64,000 nucleotides of DNA from a virus. Both the position numbers and the translations under genes were made by a program. Under the pieces are notes generated by a model. The model was not told the DNA's origin. It worked only from the letters and a program-made list of their open reading frames with translations, and made no database searches. The stretch covers positions 95,265 through 159,264 of IMG/VR virus record IMGVR_UViG_3300044712_000815, one strand, 5' to 3'. The first letter of the stretch is position 1. Every line of letters begins with the position of its first letter. Positions 9,192 to 18,348 of this stretch are shown piece by piece.

Positions 9192-11072
9192 TCATTTTAC
9201 TTCTTCAAATTCTACATCGGTCACATCATCATTTTTTGATTGTGTCGATTCATTTTGGCAATTTTGATTACTTTGTTCACTTTGTTCACTTTGGCTGTAA
9301 ATTTTGGTGCTGATGTTATTCCACACATCAGTTAAACTTTTCGTATATTTTTCAACATCTACTAAGTTTTGTGCTTTATGCGATTCTTTCAATTTATTTA
9401 ATTCGGCATTTAATTCTGATTTATCAGTTTCTGTCAATTTTTCACCAAATTCTGTAATCTGTTTTTCTGTTTGAAAAATCAAAGAATCAGCTTGGTTTAA
9501 AGTATCAATTTTTTCTTTTTCTTTTTTATCAGATTCAGCATTTTCTTTTGCTTCCATTTTCATTTTTTCAATTTCATCTTTAGTAAGAGCTGTCGAACCT
9601 TCAATTCTAATTTTGTTTTCTTTATTTGTTGCTTTATCTTTTGCTTTTACTGTTAATATAGAATTCGCATCCAAACTAAATTCAACTTCTATTTGAGGAA
9701 CCCCACGCATAGCAGGCAAAATTCCGTCTAAATTAAAGGTTCCAAGATGTTTATTGTCCTTAAACATAGGTCTTTCCCCAGTTGCAATATTAATCTGAAC
9801 CCCAGGTTGGTTGTCTTGTGCCGTTGAAAAAATTTGGGTTTTACTTACAGGAATTGTTGTATTTGCTTCAATCATCACCTGAAAAAGTTGCCCTTGAACT
9901 TCAATCCCAAATGGAAGTGCAGTCACATCAAGTAATAAAATATCTGATGTTTCCCCTGCAATAATAGATCCCTGAATACAAGCACCTTGTGATATAGCGG
10001 TATCTGCATTTAAACTTCTGTTTGCTTTTTTACCAAAAAATTTTTCAACGCTTTCAACCAAATATGGAATTCTCGTGCTACCACCAACAAGCACAATGTC
10101 ATCAATATCCGATGCATTCTTTCCACTTTTCTTAAGTGATGATTTAATTAATTCCAAAGTTTTATCAATATAAAATTGAATTAATTGATTAAATTTAGCA
10201 ACATTTATAGTTTTAACTAAGTGTTTTGGAACATTATCAATTACTGTGATATATGGCAAATTTATTTCAGTTTGTGTTGTATTTGACAATTCGATTTTCG
10301 CTTTCTCCGATGATTCGGTCAATCGTTGTAATGCCATGGGATCAAGGCGAAGATCAACACCAAATTCTTTCTTAAAATCATCAGCAACATAATTGACTAT
10401 AGCTTCATCAATTAAATTTCCACCCAAATCCAATGAACCATCCGTTGCAATCACTTCAAAAATCCCATCATCTATATCCATGACAGAAAAATCCGAAGTG
10501 CATCCACCACTATCCACAATAAAATATAATTTACCTTTTTTATCTTTAATGTTTAGTGAAGCTGCTGTAGGTTCGGATATTATCCGGAGAACTTCAAGTC
10601 CAGCAATTTCACCAGCAACTTGGGTCGATTTTCTTTCATCGCTATTAAAGTACGCAGGAACAGTTATTATACATTGTTTAACTTCGAGTCCCAAATAATC
10701 TTCAGCAGTTTTTTTCATTTTTTGTAAGATCATTGCTGATATTTCTTCAGGTGAATATATTTTATCACCAATTTTAACTGCTGCTTTACCATTATTATCA
10801 ACAATATCATATGGTCGTTTAAGATGTTTTACATCATTATAACTACGACCCATCAATCTTTTAATATTAAAGATTGTGTTTTTTGGATTTAATGCTGCTT
10901 GTCTTTTTGCCGCATCTCCAACTTTAATTTCACCTGTTTTTGGATCAAAAGATACAATAGAAGATGTACTTGTTGATCCTTCTGAATTTGGTATAACAAT
11001 AGTTTGTCCACCTTCCATTACAGAAACCGTACTAAAATACGATCCCAAATCTATTCCGATTATTTTTCCCAT
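9192..11072 (-). CDS. dnaK: Hsp70 chaperone DnaK with divergent nucleotide-binding motifs
   Basis: TVPAYFN, EPTAA, LVGGSTRIP, LLLDVT linker, GVPQIEV, C-terminal DVEFEEVK. Confidence 0.95.
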   Translation of the reverse strand: MGKIIGIDLGSYFSTVSVMEGGQTIVIPNSEGSTSTSSIVSFDPKTGEIKVGDAAKRQAALNPKNTIFNIKRLMGRSYNDVKHLKRPYDIVDNNGKAAVKIGDKIYSPEEISAMILQKMKKTAEDYLGLEVKQCIITVPAYFNSDERKSTQVAGEIAGLEVLRIISEPTAASLNIKDKKGKLYFIVDSGGCTSDFSVMDIDDGIFEVIATDGSLDLGGNLIDEAIVNYVADDFKKEFGVDLRLDPMALQRLTESSEKAKIELSNTTQTEINLPYITVIDNVPKHLVKTINVAKFNQLIQFYIDKTLELIKSSLKKSGKNASDIDDIVLVGGSTRIPYLVESVEKFFGKKANRSLNADTAISQGACIQGSIIAGETSDILLLDVTALPFGIEVQGQLFQVMIEANTTIPVSKTQIFSTAQDNQPGVQINIATGERPMFKDNKHLGTFNLDGILPAMRGVPQIEVEFSLDANSILTVKAKDKATNKENKIRIEGSTALTKDEIEKMKMEAKENAESDKKEKEKIDTLNQADSLIFQTEKQITEFGEKLTETDKSELNAELNKLKESHKAQNLVDVEKYTKSLTDVWNNISTKIYSQSEQSEQSNQNCQNESTQSKNDDVTDVEFEEVK

Positions 11073-11176
11073 ATAAATTTATTTATTTTTTTAACTGTTT
11101 TTTCAATCTTTGTGCCAATATAATTATTATGTCATATTGTCAGGTTATTTAGAAAATAATGCCAATATTGGTAAAA

Positions 11177-11473
11177 TTATCTTATTTTCGAATTATCAGG
11201 TTTATCATTTCTTGTTTGTTTCAAATGTTCAACAATACATAATAAAGATTCCAATACTATTTTTTGCAATTCTTTATTTTCATTAGAATAACTTACATCA
11301 AATTTATCAATATCATAATAGCTAATATTTCCAATTTCAGTAATATTATCAAACAAAAAATTATCAGATAGGTGTTTTGGATTTTCGATAAGACTGAAAT
11401 ATTTTCGATTATAACAAAATTCTATTTTTTCTACAAATCGTTTTTTCAAATCATCAAGTTGTTCTTTTTTCAT
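11177..11473 (-). CDS. Hypothetical protein
   Basis: Tightly packed minus-strand array. Confidence 0.55.
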   Translation of the reverse strand: MKKEQLDDLKKRFVEKIEFCYNRKYFSLIENPKHLSDNFLFDNITEIGNISYYDIDKFDVSYSNENKELQKIVLESLLCIVEHLKQTRNDKPDNSKIR

Positions 11474-11505
11474 AATGTTTATAATGTTTATAATGTTTAT
11501 AATGT

Positions 11506-11796
11506 TTATAAATGTGTATTTTCTTCAAAAAAACCTTCCCAAACACAAATTTCTTCACCTTGTTCATTTTCGACTTTCCAATATAAATATCTTTCACCAG
11601 AATCATCAGGTTCGACAAGATTAGTATCTTTATTTAATACATAAACCCGTTGCATACAGCATGAACCAATCACATTATATTTTTTACCTATTATTAATTC
11701 ATCAATATCGAATATTGACCATTTATAATTTTTTCCTAATCGAATAACATCGCATCCACCACTATATGTTATTTCTTTTATTTCTGTTCTGTCCAT
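11506..11796 (-). CDS. Hypothetical protein
   Basis: Tightly packed minus-strand array. Confidence 0.55.
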   Translation of the reverse strand: MDRTEIKEITYSGGCDVIRLGKNYKWSIFDIDELIIGKKYNVIGSCCMQRVYVLNKDTNLVEPDDSGERYLYWKVENEQGEEICVWEGFFEENTHL

Positions 11797-11799
11797 TTT

Positions 11800-12012
11800 T
11801 TAAGATAGTTCATCTGTAAATATCAACCGATTTTGAACAAACTTATAAAACTTTCCACGTAATTCATATTTTTCCCTATTTATAATATCATCACTTGGTT
11901 CAACATTTGCAATTCCCCTAATCATACGAATTGCTTGCATTATTACTTCGACATCATCAATTCTAATGTCTTTTTCTAATGTTACTGTAAATCCTTTTAC
12001 TCGTTCTGTCAT
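11800..12012 (-). CDS. Hypothetical protein
   Basis: ATG start MTERVKGFTVTLEKDIR. Confidence 0.6.
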   Translation of the reverse strand: MTERVKGFTVTLEKDIRIDDVEVIMQAIRMIRGIANVEPSDDIINREKYELRGKFYKFVQNRLIFTDELS

Positions 12013-12177
12013 AATTTTAATTATCAAATATAAAATATACTGCTAATTTTATTAAACATATTAATAAAAATGCAACACCAAAACATCCAATAGCCACCAA
12101 AATATTTGATGCTAATGCCATAAATATAAATATTCCCAAAAATATGGAAATGATTATAAGCCATCCAATTACTTTTT

Positions 12178-12885
12178 TCATAATAAATCAGTTATATTTG
12201 TTGATTTTTTTTGTGTTAATATTGAATATGCATCAAATATTGTATATGTCATCCGACCAACTGGATCAATTTCCAATTCTGAATAATTATCAAAATGAAA
12301 TTCGAATTGAATACCACCACAAGCCATAGGATAAATATCAATTTTATCAGACAATAAATTATTTTTATTTAAATATGGTAATATATTTAAAGCTGAATTT
12401 ATTGCTATATCAGAAATGATTTCAGAATCATGAGAATTCCAGTTTTTTTCTAATTTAGCGAAACTATTTATTTTTTTAGTAAAAATTTCGATTATTTGAT
12501 AATTTACTATTCCATAATTTTTGATGATAGGATTTTCTTCAAATTCTTTTATATTATCGCCTAAACACATAAGTTGTGAAAACATTAAACTACCATCGAC
12601 ATTTTCATTAGAAATTGCAATTATTTTTTCACATATTTGTTTTAGGTTGTCAAAATTTTCTAATGTGAATGTTTTAGTTTCAAATTCTTTGACGAATTTA
12701 TTATAAAGTTTATGATTTTCATCAACAGTACAAGACATACCCCAAAATGAAACATCAAAACAATTACCATTTTTAGTAATTGTTGCGGACACATCATCTA
12801 AATTATAATTTGGACCAACATAGCCTTTTGATGCTAATGCACTAATGGCAAGTGATCTTAATTCGGTATTTGGTTTTGCTATCAT
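12178..12885 (-). CDS. Hypothetical protein
   Basis: 235-aa ORF in the array. Confidence 0.65.
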   Translation of the reverse strand: MIAKPNTELRSLAISALASKGYVGPNYNLDDVSATITKNGNCFDVSFWGMSCTVDENHKLYNKFVKEFETKTFTLENFDNLKQICEKIIAISNENVDGSLMFSQLMCLGDNIKEFEENPIIKNYGIVNYQIIEIFTKKINSFAKLEKNWNSHDSEIISDIAINSALNILPYLNKNNLLSDKIDIYPMACGGIQFEFHFDNYSELEIDPVGRMTYTIFDAYSILTQKKSTNITDLL

Positions 12886-12898
12886 ATTTTAGTTATAG

Positions 12899-13201
12899 TT
12901 AAACTATTTCATTAATTGATATTCCATTTTGAAAATATGTATCTAGTTGTGTACCAGTTTGAATTTTTTCAGAATTAGCTTTTTCCTTCCATTCAATCCA
13001 ATTGGTTATAAGGGATAAATCATAATCATTAAAAAAATCTGATAAAACAATACGTAATTTTTTTAATTGATCAACATCTTTATTCCAAATACTTAAACTA
13101 ATAATCGAATCATCGGGTTTACCATTTTTTTTATTTGTGGCAATTTCTTTTTCTAACTGATTCCATTCATCATCAGTATATTTGTTTCTTAAATTTCCCA
13201 T
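12899..13201 (-). CDS. Hypothetical protein
   Basis: Array member. Confidence 0.6.
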   Translation of the reverse strand: MGNLRNKYTDDEWNQLEKEIATNKKNGKPDDSIISLSIWNKDVDQLKKLRIVLSDFFNDYDLSLITNWIEWKEKANSEKIQTGTQLDTYFQNGISINEIV

Positions 13202-13206
13202 TATAA

Positions 13207-13413
13207 TTATTCACTTAAACGTTCCACCACATCAAACCCCATATCATAAAGAGCAAGTATTATCATTTTCAAATCACCAGTATCAATCCTATTGTTTGGG
13301 GTTTCTAACCCTAAGTTAGTTCGATACTTCTTTATCATTTCATTGCTTTTTACATCAAGCATAAATAAGTCCATTGGGTTTATCTTTCTACCGTAATTGT
13401 TTTTCATAGACAT
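13207..13413 (-). CDS. Hypothetical protein
   Basis: Array member overlapping its neighbour. Confidence 0.55.
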   Translation of the reverse strand: MSMKNNYGRKINPMDLFMLDVKSNEMIKKYRTNLGLETPNNRIDTGDLKMIILALYDMGFDVVERLSE

Positions 13414-13601
13414 ATACCCTTTACATCTTCTATTTTTTCGATTATACCAATTTGTTTTTTTGGTTCTAGATAATCATTCAATTTTTTTGGAATATCTTCG
13501 ATTTTTAAATCTGTAAAAAAATGATCAGTATCTTGTAGAATATTTCCTATTCTACCGTCATCCATTTTTGCTAGTGTGTGATAATTAACTTTGTAACTCA
13601 T
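13404..13601 (-). CDS. Hypothetical protein
   Basis: Array member. Confidence 0.55.
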   Translation of the reverse strand: MSYKVNYHTLAKMDDGRIGNILQDTDHFFTDLKIEDIPKKLNDYLEPKKQIGIIEKIEDVKGICL

Positions 13602-13617
13602 AATTTTAATTTATTTT

Positions 13618-13818
13618 TTAATCTAATGTTAACATTTCTTCATCTATTTGTTCTAATGTTAAATTATGTTCTGATTGTAATTTTTCAACAACAAATTCTA
13701 ATCTTTCTACTGCAAATGTTTCTTTTTGTCCTTCTATTGTGGGAACTAAAACATTTCCCAAAGATTCAAGGATTGAAATTAATTTTTTAGTTTCTCGTAA
13801 TAAATGGTCTTTTGTCAT
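13618..13818 (-). CDS. Hypothetical protein
   Basis: Array member. Confidence 0.55.
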   Translation of the reverse strand: MTKDHLLRETKKLISILESLGNVLVPTIEGQKETFAVERLEFVVEKLQSEHNLTLEQIDEEMLTLD

Positions 13819-13840
13819 AATTTTATTTTTAATTTTTTAT

Positions 13841-14116
13841 TTACCAAGCATCGTTTCTAGGTGGAATATATGATAAATCAGTTAAAACATAATCATGATT
13901 TTGTAAATCATCTTCGCTTGTTATTATGAAATTATAAAATCCATTATGAATAACTTCTTCTAATAAATTAGCTAATTCTGAATCTGACAATTCATCAATT
14001 TCATTAAGTTTCTTTTTTATTGCAGCTATTGCAAATTCCCGTGTAACAAAATGTGTAGATTTTATGCTCATTTTACCATTTATTATCATATTTACACCAA
14101 TCATTATTATCTTCAT
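13841..14116 (-). CDS. Hypothetical protein (true start probably internal)
   Basis: Array member. Confidence 0.5.
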   Translation of the reverse strand: MKIIMIGVNMIINGKMSIKSTHFVTREFAIAAIKKKLNEIDELSDSELANLLEEVIHNGFYNFIITSEDDLQNHDYVLTDLSYIPPRNDAW

Positions 14117-14390
14117 CCCAATGTCTAGAATCTATATGACTATAACAGATATGTAGACCAAATAGATTAATAGTAAATCTAAATCCGGCATGATCAGTTT
14201 TATAATTTTTAGAAATATATAATCCTAAAATATTTAGAAAATCGACATTCAAAACATATTCTTTATTATATTCTCTTGGTAGTGCAATATTAAAGAATAT
14301 TTCGAATAATATTTCGAAATTTAAATAAATTTCAAATTCTTTAAATTTATTTTTTTTGACATTAGAAACCCAACAAAACAAATTTTTCAT
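14073..14390 (-). CDS. Hypothetical protein
   Basis: Array member with ATGA overlap. Confidence 0.55.
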   Translation of the reverse strand: MKNLFCWVSNVKKNKFKEFEIYLNFEILFEIFFNIALPREYNKEYVLNVDFLNILGLYISKNYKTDHAGFRFTINLFGLHICYSHIDSRHWDEDNNDWCKYDNKW

Positions 14391-14674
14391 ATTTTTTTAG
14401 TATTAATTGAATCAACAATATCGTGTGCTAATTTAATTCCAATATCTGATATGCTTCTTAAATACATAACAGAATGAAATTTACCATTACCTTTTCCAGG
14501 TTCATATGTATCAAGTAATATTGAAACTAATTTCGTTCTAACATCATCTTTAAGAATGAAATTTCCATTTACTATATCAAATATTTCTTTCAGTTCTATC
14601 ATTTCTTTCGATATTTCTTTTTTAAGTTCTGTTTTAAGAATGAAATATTTATCATTTATGTTAAAATTGTTCAT
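14387..14674 (-). CDS. Hypothetical protein
   Basis: Array member. Confidence 0.55.
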   Translation of the reverse strand: MNNFNINDKYFILKTELKKEISKEMIELKEIFDIVNGNFILKDDVRTKLVSILLDTYEPGKGNGKFHSVMYLRSISDIGIKLAHDIVDSINTKKI

Positions 14675-15047
14675 TTTCTTTCATTATTGTTAGTGCATCA
14701 ATAATACCTACTTCTAATGCTTGTTCGTATGTTCTATACAAAAGCCATTCTTGATTTTTGTGATGAATCCAACCCCATTCTTTTTCAGCTAGATCGTTTG
14801 GATTACCAAAGAATTGATCTATTCGATAACAGAATTTTGGTTCACATGTTTGATCTACTTCAACGATAACAAATATTTGTTTTTTTCTCAACCATTGTTG
14901 AAGTAAACTGATGTCCAATTGCCCAATTGATTTGTTCTTTATGATATATTCCAAATTCAGGTTCAAATTTTCTTCAAATTCACTATTTTCTGTCAAATGC
15001 AGGGATTGACAAGGAGGTAACTGAAACATTCGCACTCGTTTATTCAT
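14661..15047 (-). CDS. Hypothetical phage protein
   Basis: LQQWLR...YRTYEQALEVGI..AL; follows a host-type promoter. Confidence 0.65.
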   Translation of the reverse strand: MNKRVRMFQLPPCQSLHLTENSEFEENLNLNLEYIIKNKSIGQLDISLLQQWLRKKQIFVIVEVDQTCEPKFCYRIDQFFGNPNDLAEKEWGWIHHKNQEWLLYRTYEQALEVGIIDALTIMKENEQF

Positions 15048-15073
15048 AATTAATAATAATTATTTATTTTTTG

Positions 15074-15104
15074 CGAATATATGAATAGTTTTTAGATTAA
15101 CAAA
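15074..15104 (-). promoter_or_regulatory. Bacteroidota housekeeping-type promoter (variant)
   Basis: TTTG-N19-TATATTCG. Confidence 0.55.
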
Positions 15105-15465
15105 TTTTTTGTAGATTTTTTATTTTTTTAAGTTTGTTCTTTCTATTGAATCTAATATGTTCCACATCATCATTAAATTCATAAAGGATATCATCAATAA
15201 CTTCGTAATTGTCAAATTTCATATGAAATGTTTGTCTAGAATTATCCATAAAATCATACATTGTAACATTAAAACCATCATCAGTAATATGGAATATTTT
15301 TAATGTGTGATTAAAATATTGATTACATAGTGCCGCAATAATAGCAGAAAATTTTAATTCGTTTGTTTTAACATTCATAACAAAATCCATTGTAGCACAA
15401 TTTGATGGTATTCCCCATAAACCATTTTCTTGTTTATTTTGATTTATTTTAATTATTTTCATCAA
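15097..15465 (-). CDS. Hypothetical protein
   Basis: Array member with basic C-terminal RKNKLKKI. Confidence 0.55.
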   Translation of the reverse strand: MMKIIKINQNKQENGLWGIPSNCATMDFVMNVKTNELKFSAIIAALCNQYFNHTLKIFHITDDGFNVTMYDFMDNSRQTFHMKFDNYEVIDDILYEFNDDVEHIRFNRKNKLKKIKNLQKIC

Positions 15466-15476
15466 TTTAAATTGTA

Positions 15477-15686
15477 TTACAATTTACAATCAAAGCAAAG
15501 TTCAGCATTACGGGCTTCATCTAAACTGATTATAGATACTTCACATCCAGCATTTAATAATGCTAATTGTTCTTTTTTATCTTCTTTACTAAGTGGATTA
15601 TCATCAATAACACGCAATAATCTTGCTTTTCCACATTTACATTTAAACATTTGTATTTTAATTTCCATATTTTTTAATTTTAACAT
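15477..15686 (-). CDS. Small Cys-containing hypothetical protein
   Basis: CKCG...CFDC. Confidence 0.5.
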   Translation of the reverse strand: MLKLKNMEIKIQMFKCKCGKARLLRVIDDNPLSKEDKKEQLALLNAGCEVSIISLDEARNAELCFDCKL

Positions 15687-15867
15687 ATTTAAACCATTTC
15701 ATAGGCACATCATCACTATGGTATTTAATAATGGTATAATAATCTAAAATTACCCACAATAATCCATGATATTCAATATCAATTTGCCAATTATTATTTG
15801 ATAAATTTATTTTAAAATCCCAAATAAAGATGATATAAAATATTAGTAAATAAATAAATATTTTCAT
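15658..15867 (-). CDS. Small hypothetical membrane protein
   Basis: Hydrophobic N-terminus. Confidence 0.45.
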   Translation of the reverse strand: MKIFIYLLIFYIIFIWDFKINLSNNNWQIDIEYHGLLWVILDYYTIIKYHSDDVPMKWFKYVKIKKYGN

Positions 15868-16367
15868 TCGTTATTTAAATCATTAATGGTTTGATTGAAT
15901 TTATTTCCAACTTCAGATAATAATTCCAATTGTTCTTTGATTTTATTAATATTTTCATTCAAATCTTGTTGAAAATCAAATGGTTTTTCTTCATTCGTAT
16001 GAAGTTCATTTAATCTTTCATATAATGTTGTCAATTTAATATTTTTTTTAACATGATCATCGTTATCTATATCATATTCAGTTTCTTCAAAAAATGTTTC
16101 TAGTTCAATTGCTTTATTTTTTACTTCTTGTATTTCGGATAATCGTTCATCAGAAAAACTACTAAATTTAAAATTAAATTCTTCATCTTTTAATGGACAA
16201 GATTCAATTACATTAAATTCGTTATATGGATCAATAATTTGTTCTTCAAATTCTACTTGTAAAAACCCAGATAATGAACATTCATATATTGATTTATTAT
16301 AATCTTCAAAATCATATATTGTATGTAAAAATGGGCAATTCCCACAAAAGTTAACTGTTTTTTTCAT
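15864..16367 (-). CDS. Hypothetical protein, Cys-rich N-terminus and coiled coil
   Basis: CGNCPF...C...CPL. Confidence 0.6.
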   Translation of the reverse strand: MKKTVNFCGNCPFLHTIYDFEDYNKSIYECSLSGFLQVEFEEQIIDPYNEFNVIESCPLKDEEFNFKFSSFSDERLSEIQEVKNKAIELETFFEETEYDIDNDDHVKKNIKLTTLYERLNELHTNEEKPFDFQQDLNENINKIKEQLELLSEVGNKFNQTINDLNNE

Positions 16368-16382
16368 ATTTTTTATTATTTT

Positions 16383-16643
16383 TTATAAGTCTTCTAAAAC
16401 TTTATAATTAATTAATTTTTCATATTCTTCATTTTTAAGAAATATTACATAATTAGCAGTATCTACATTTTCTTGTTCAGATAAATCTGCATTAACCAAA
16501 ATACCATTTCTTAGTTCACATAGTTTTAAAAGATAATTACACATATCTTCATCATCTTTTCTATCTACATGATAATTATCAGTAAAATCATAAAATTTCT
16601 GCCATAAAATTATTTTACTTCTTCTTATTATTTTCATAACCAA
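16383..16643 (-). CDS. Hypothetical protein
   Basis: Array member. Confidence 0.55.
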   Translation of the reverse strand: MVMKIIRRSKIILWQKFYDFTDNYHVDRKDDEDMCNYLLKLCELRNGILVNADLSEQENVDTANYVIFLKNEEYEKLINYKVLEDL

Positions 16644-17711
16644 TTATTTGATATATATTCCAATTCGTTAAATTCACAATCAACTGTGTATCCTGTTAAC
16701 CATTTAATTAATCTTACATCTGATGTTGTTATTTTATCATCAATTTTAATAAGTTTACCAGATATATTTTTACAATCATTGTGTGCAAATTTACACATAC
16801 CATTTTTATGTAATGTACAAATATGTTTATCTTTATATATTATAGAATGTTTAAATGGTATATCTACTTGTTCTACATCAGAATTATCGTGGGTTTTCTT
16901 AAAATCTAAACATTTATCTTTCATAATACATTTAGAACACCGCATATCATTAGGTCTATAATAATGTGCATTATAATCCCTATCCATAGAATGTAAATAG
17001 CTAATCAAACAAGATGTTTTTTTAAATGTAGGTACATTATATTTAAAATATATTTTCAACATCATTTGAAATATATTTTTTAAGTCCAAAATCATATCCT
17101 TTATATGGTTCGAAACTTATATTCATTTCTAATAAATATTGTTTCAATTCATCATTTACTTGCAACCCACAAAATCCAATAGGTGCATTATATTTATTTG
17201 CTATTTTATAAATATTTTCGATTATATCAGATGAATCGTTTATATTTTTTATAACAGGTCTATATTCTATTGAATATTTATATTTTAATGTTGATGCAAT
17301 ATTAAGATTATTTTCAAATGTTTTTAAATTTCCACCATCATATTCAGAATCAATTCCAAATGTTGAAAAAGCAAAATGTAAATCTAAATTAAAATTTAAT
17401 TGTGGAAATTTTGAAAAGTCACCTTTTGTTATAATGACAACAGGTGCTTTATGTTGTGATTTTTCAAGTAATCTTAAATATTTTATTGTATTATCAATTT
17501 GCAATATTGGATCACCATAAAATAAATTAACAGCTACTGGTATATTTGTAAATAATGGATTTATATCAACTGGAATTTTATTGTAATTTATTTTTTTATT
17601 AGATTCACCAATCAATCGACAATAACAGCAATTATAACATTTTGGTAATGAATTTCCAATCATATAAAATGATTTGGTGAAGCAAGCATCTTTATATAAA
17701 TTATTTTTCAT
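16634..17711 (-). CDS. Radical-SAM/Fe-S-like protein apparently split by a +1 frameshift near 17045 (ORFs 17043-17711 and 16634-17095)
   Basis: CYNCCYC, YGDP, VIITKG, YRPVIKNIND; downstream frame continues KYNVPTFKKTSC...CSKC....KC. Confidence 0.55.
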
Positions 17712-17727
17712 AAATTATCATCCAAAT

Positions 17728-18060
17728 TTATAATTTGAAAAAATTATCTTCATAATTTTCATAAAAATGTTTTATTTTTTCAATTTGTTCATCTAGATTT
17801 ATATCTAAACCTTTTTTATATCTATAAAATGATCTAAGTATTATGCCACTCATATCATCAGGTTCTGTTATACCAATACTAATAAACCATTGTTTCAATT
17901 TACTATCAGTCCACAATCCCCAACTATTTCTAAGCCATCTACCTGTTGTGGAATGATATGCAGCAATTGCGCTATCTTCTGTTTCTGCTAACCATTGATC
18001 AAGACCTTCACTTTGATCTAATTCAATATAACATTCTTCTAATGTTTCTGGTATTTTCAT
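17728..18060 (-). CDS. DUF6794-like protein
   Basis: H...GRWLRNSWGLW...GITEPDDMSGIIL. Confidence 0.65.
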   Translation of the reverse strand: MKIPETLEECYIELDQSEGLDQWLAETEDSAIAAYHSTTGRWLRNSWGLWTDSKLKQWFISIGITEPDDMSGIILRSFYRYKKGLDINLDEQIEKIKHFYENYEDNFFKL

Positions 18061-18269
18061 ATTTTAAATTTTTTTGTACCGTATGTAATAGTTGGACTAA
18101 ATGATAATTTTCCATCATTTTTAGAAACATATTTCCATATTTTATAAAATATGTAAAATATAATAAGACTAATTATAACCCCAACCCAACCCCACAATAT
18201 TCCAAACACAATTTGCATTGCCGGTGGACCGAATAAATTCATTAATATAAATAATGTTTTTTCAATCAT
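18057..18269 (-). CDS. Small membrane protein
   Basis: Hydrophobic segments. Confidence 0.55.
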   Translation of the reverse strand: MIEKTLFILMNLFGPPAMQIVFGILWGWVGVIISLIIFYIFYKIWKYVSKNDGKLSFSPTITYGTKKFKI

Positions 18270-18348
18270 TTTTGAATATAATTTTTTTAATTATATAAAT
18301 ATATACAACAAATGTTTAAAAATAATATTTATGTGTATAATTGCACTA

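Noticed and set aside
11473-11510. TAATGTTTA x4 tandem repeat
   Set aside because: Short AT-rich slippage repeat in a leader region, with no other support for a function
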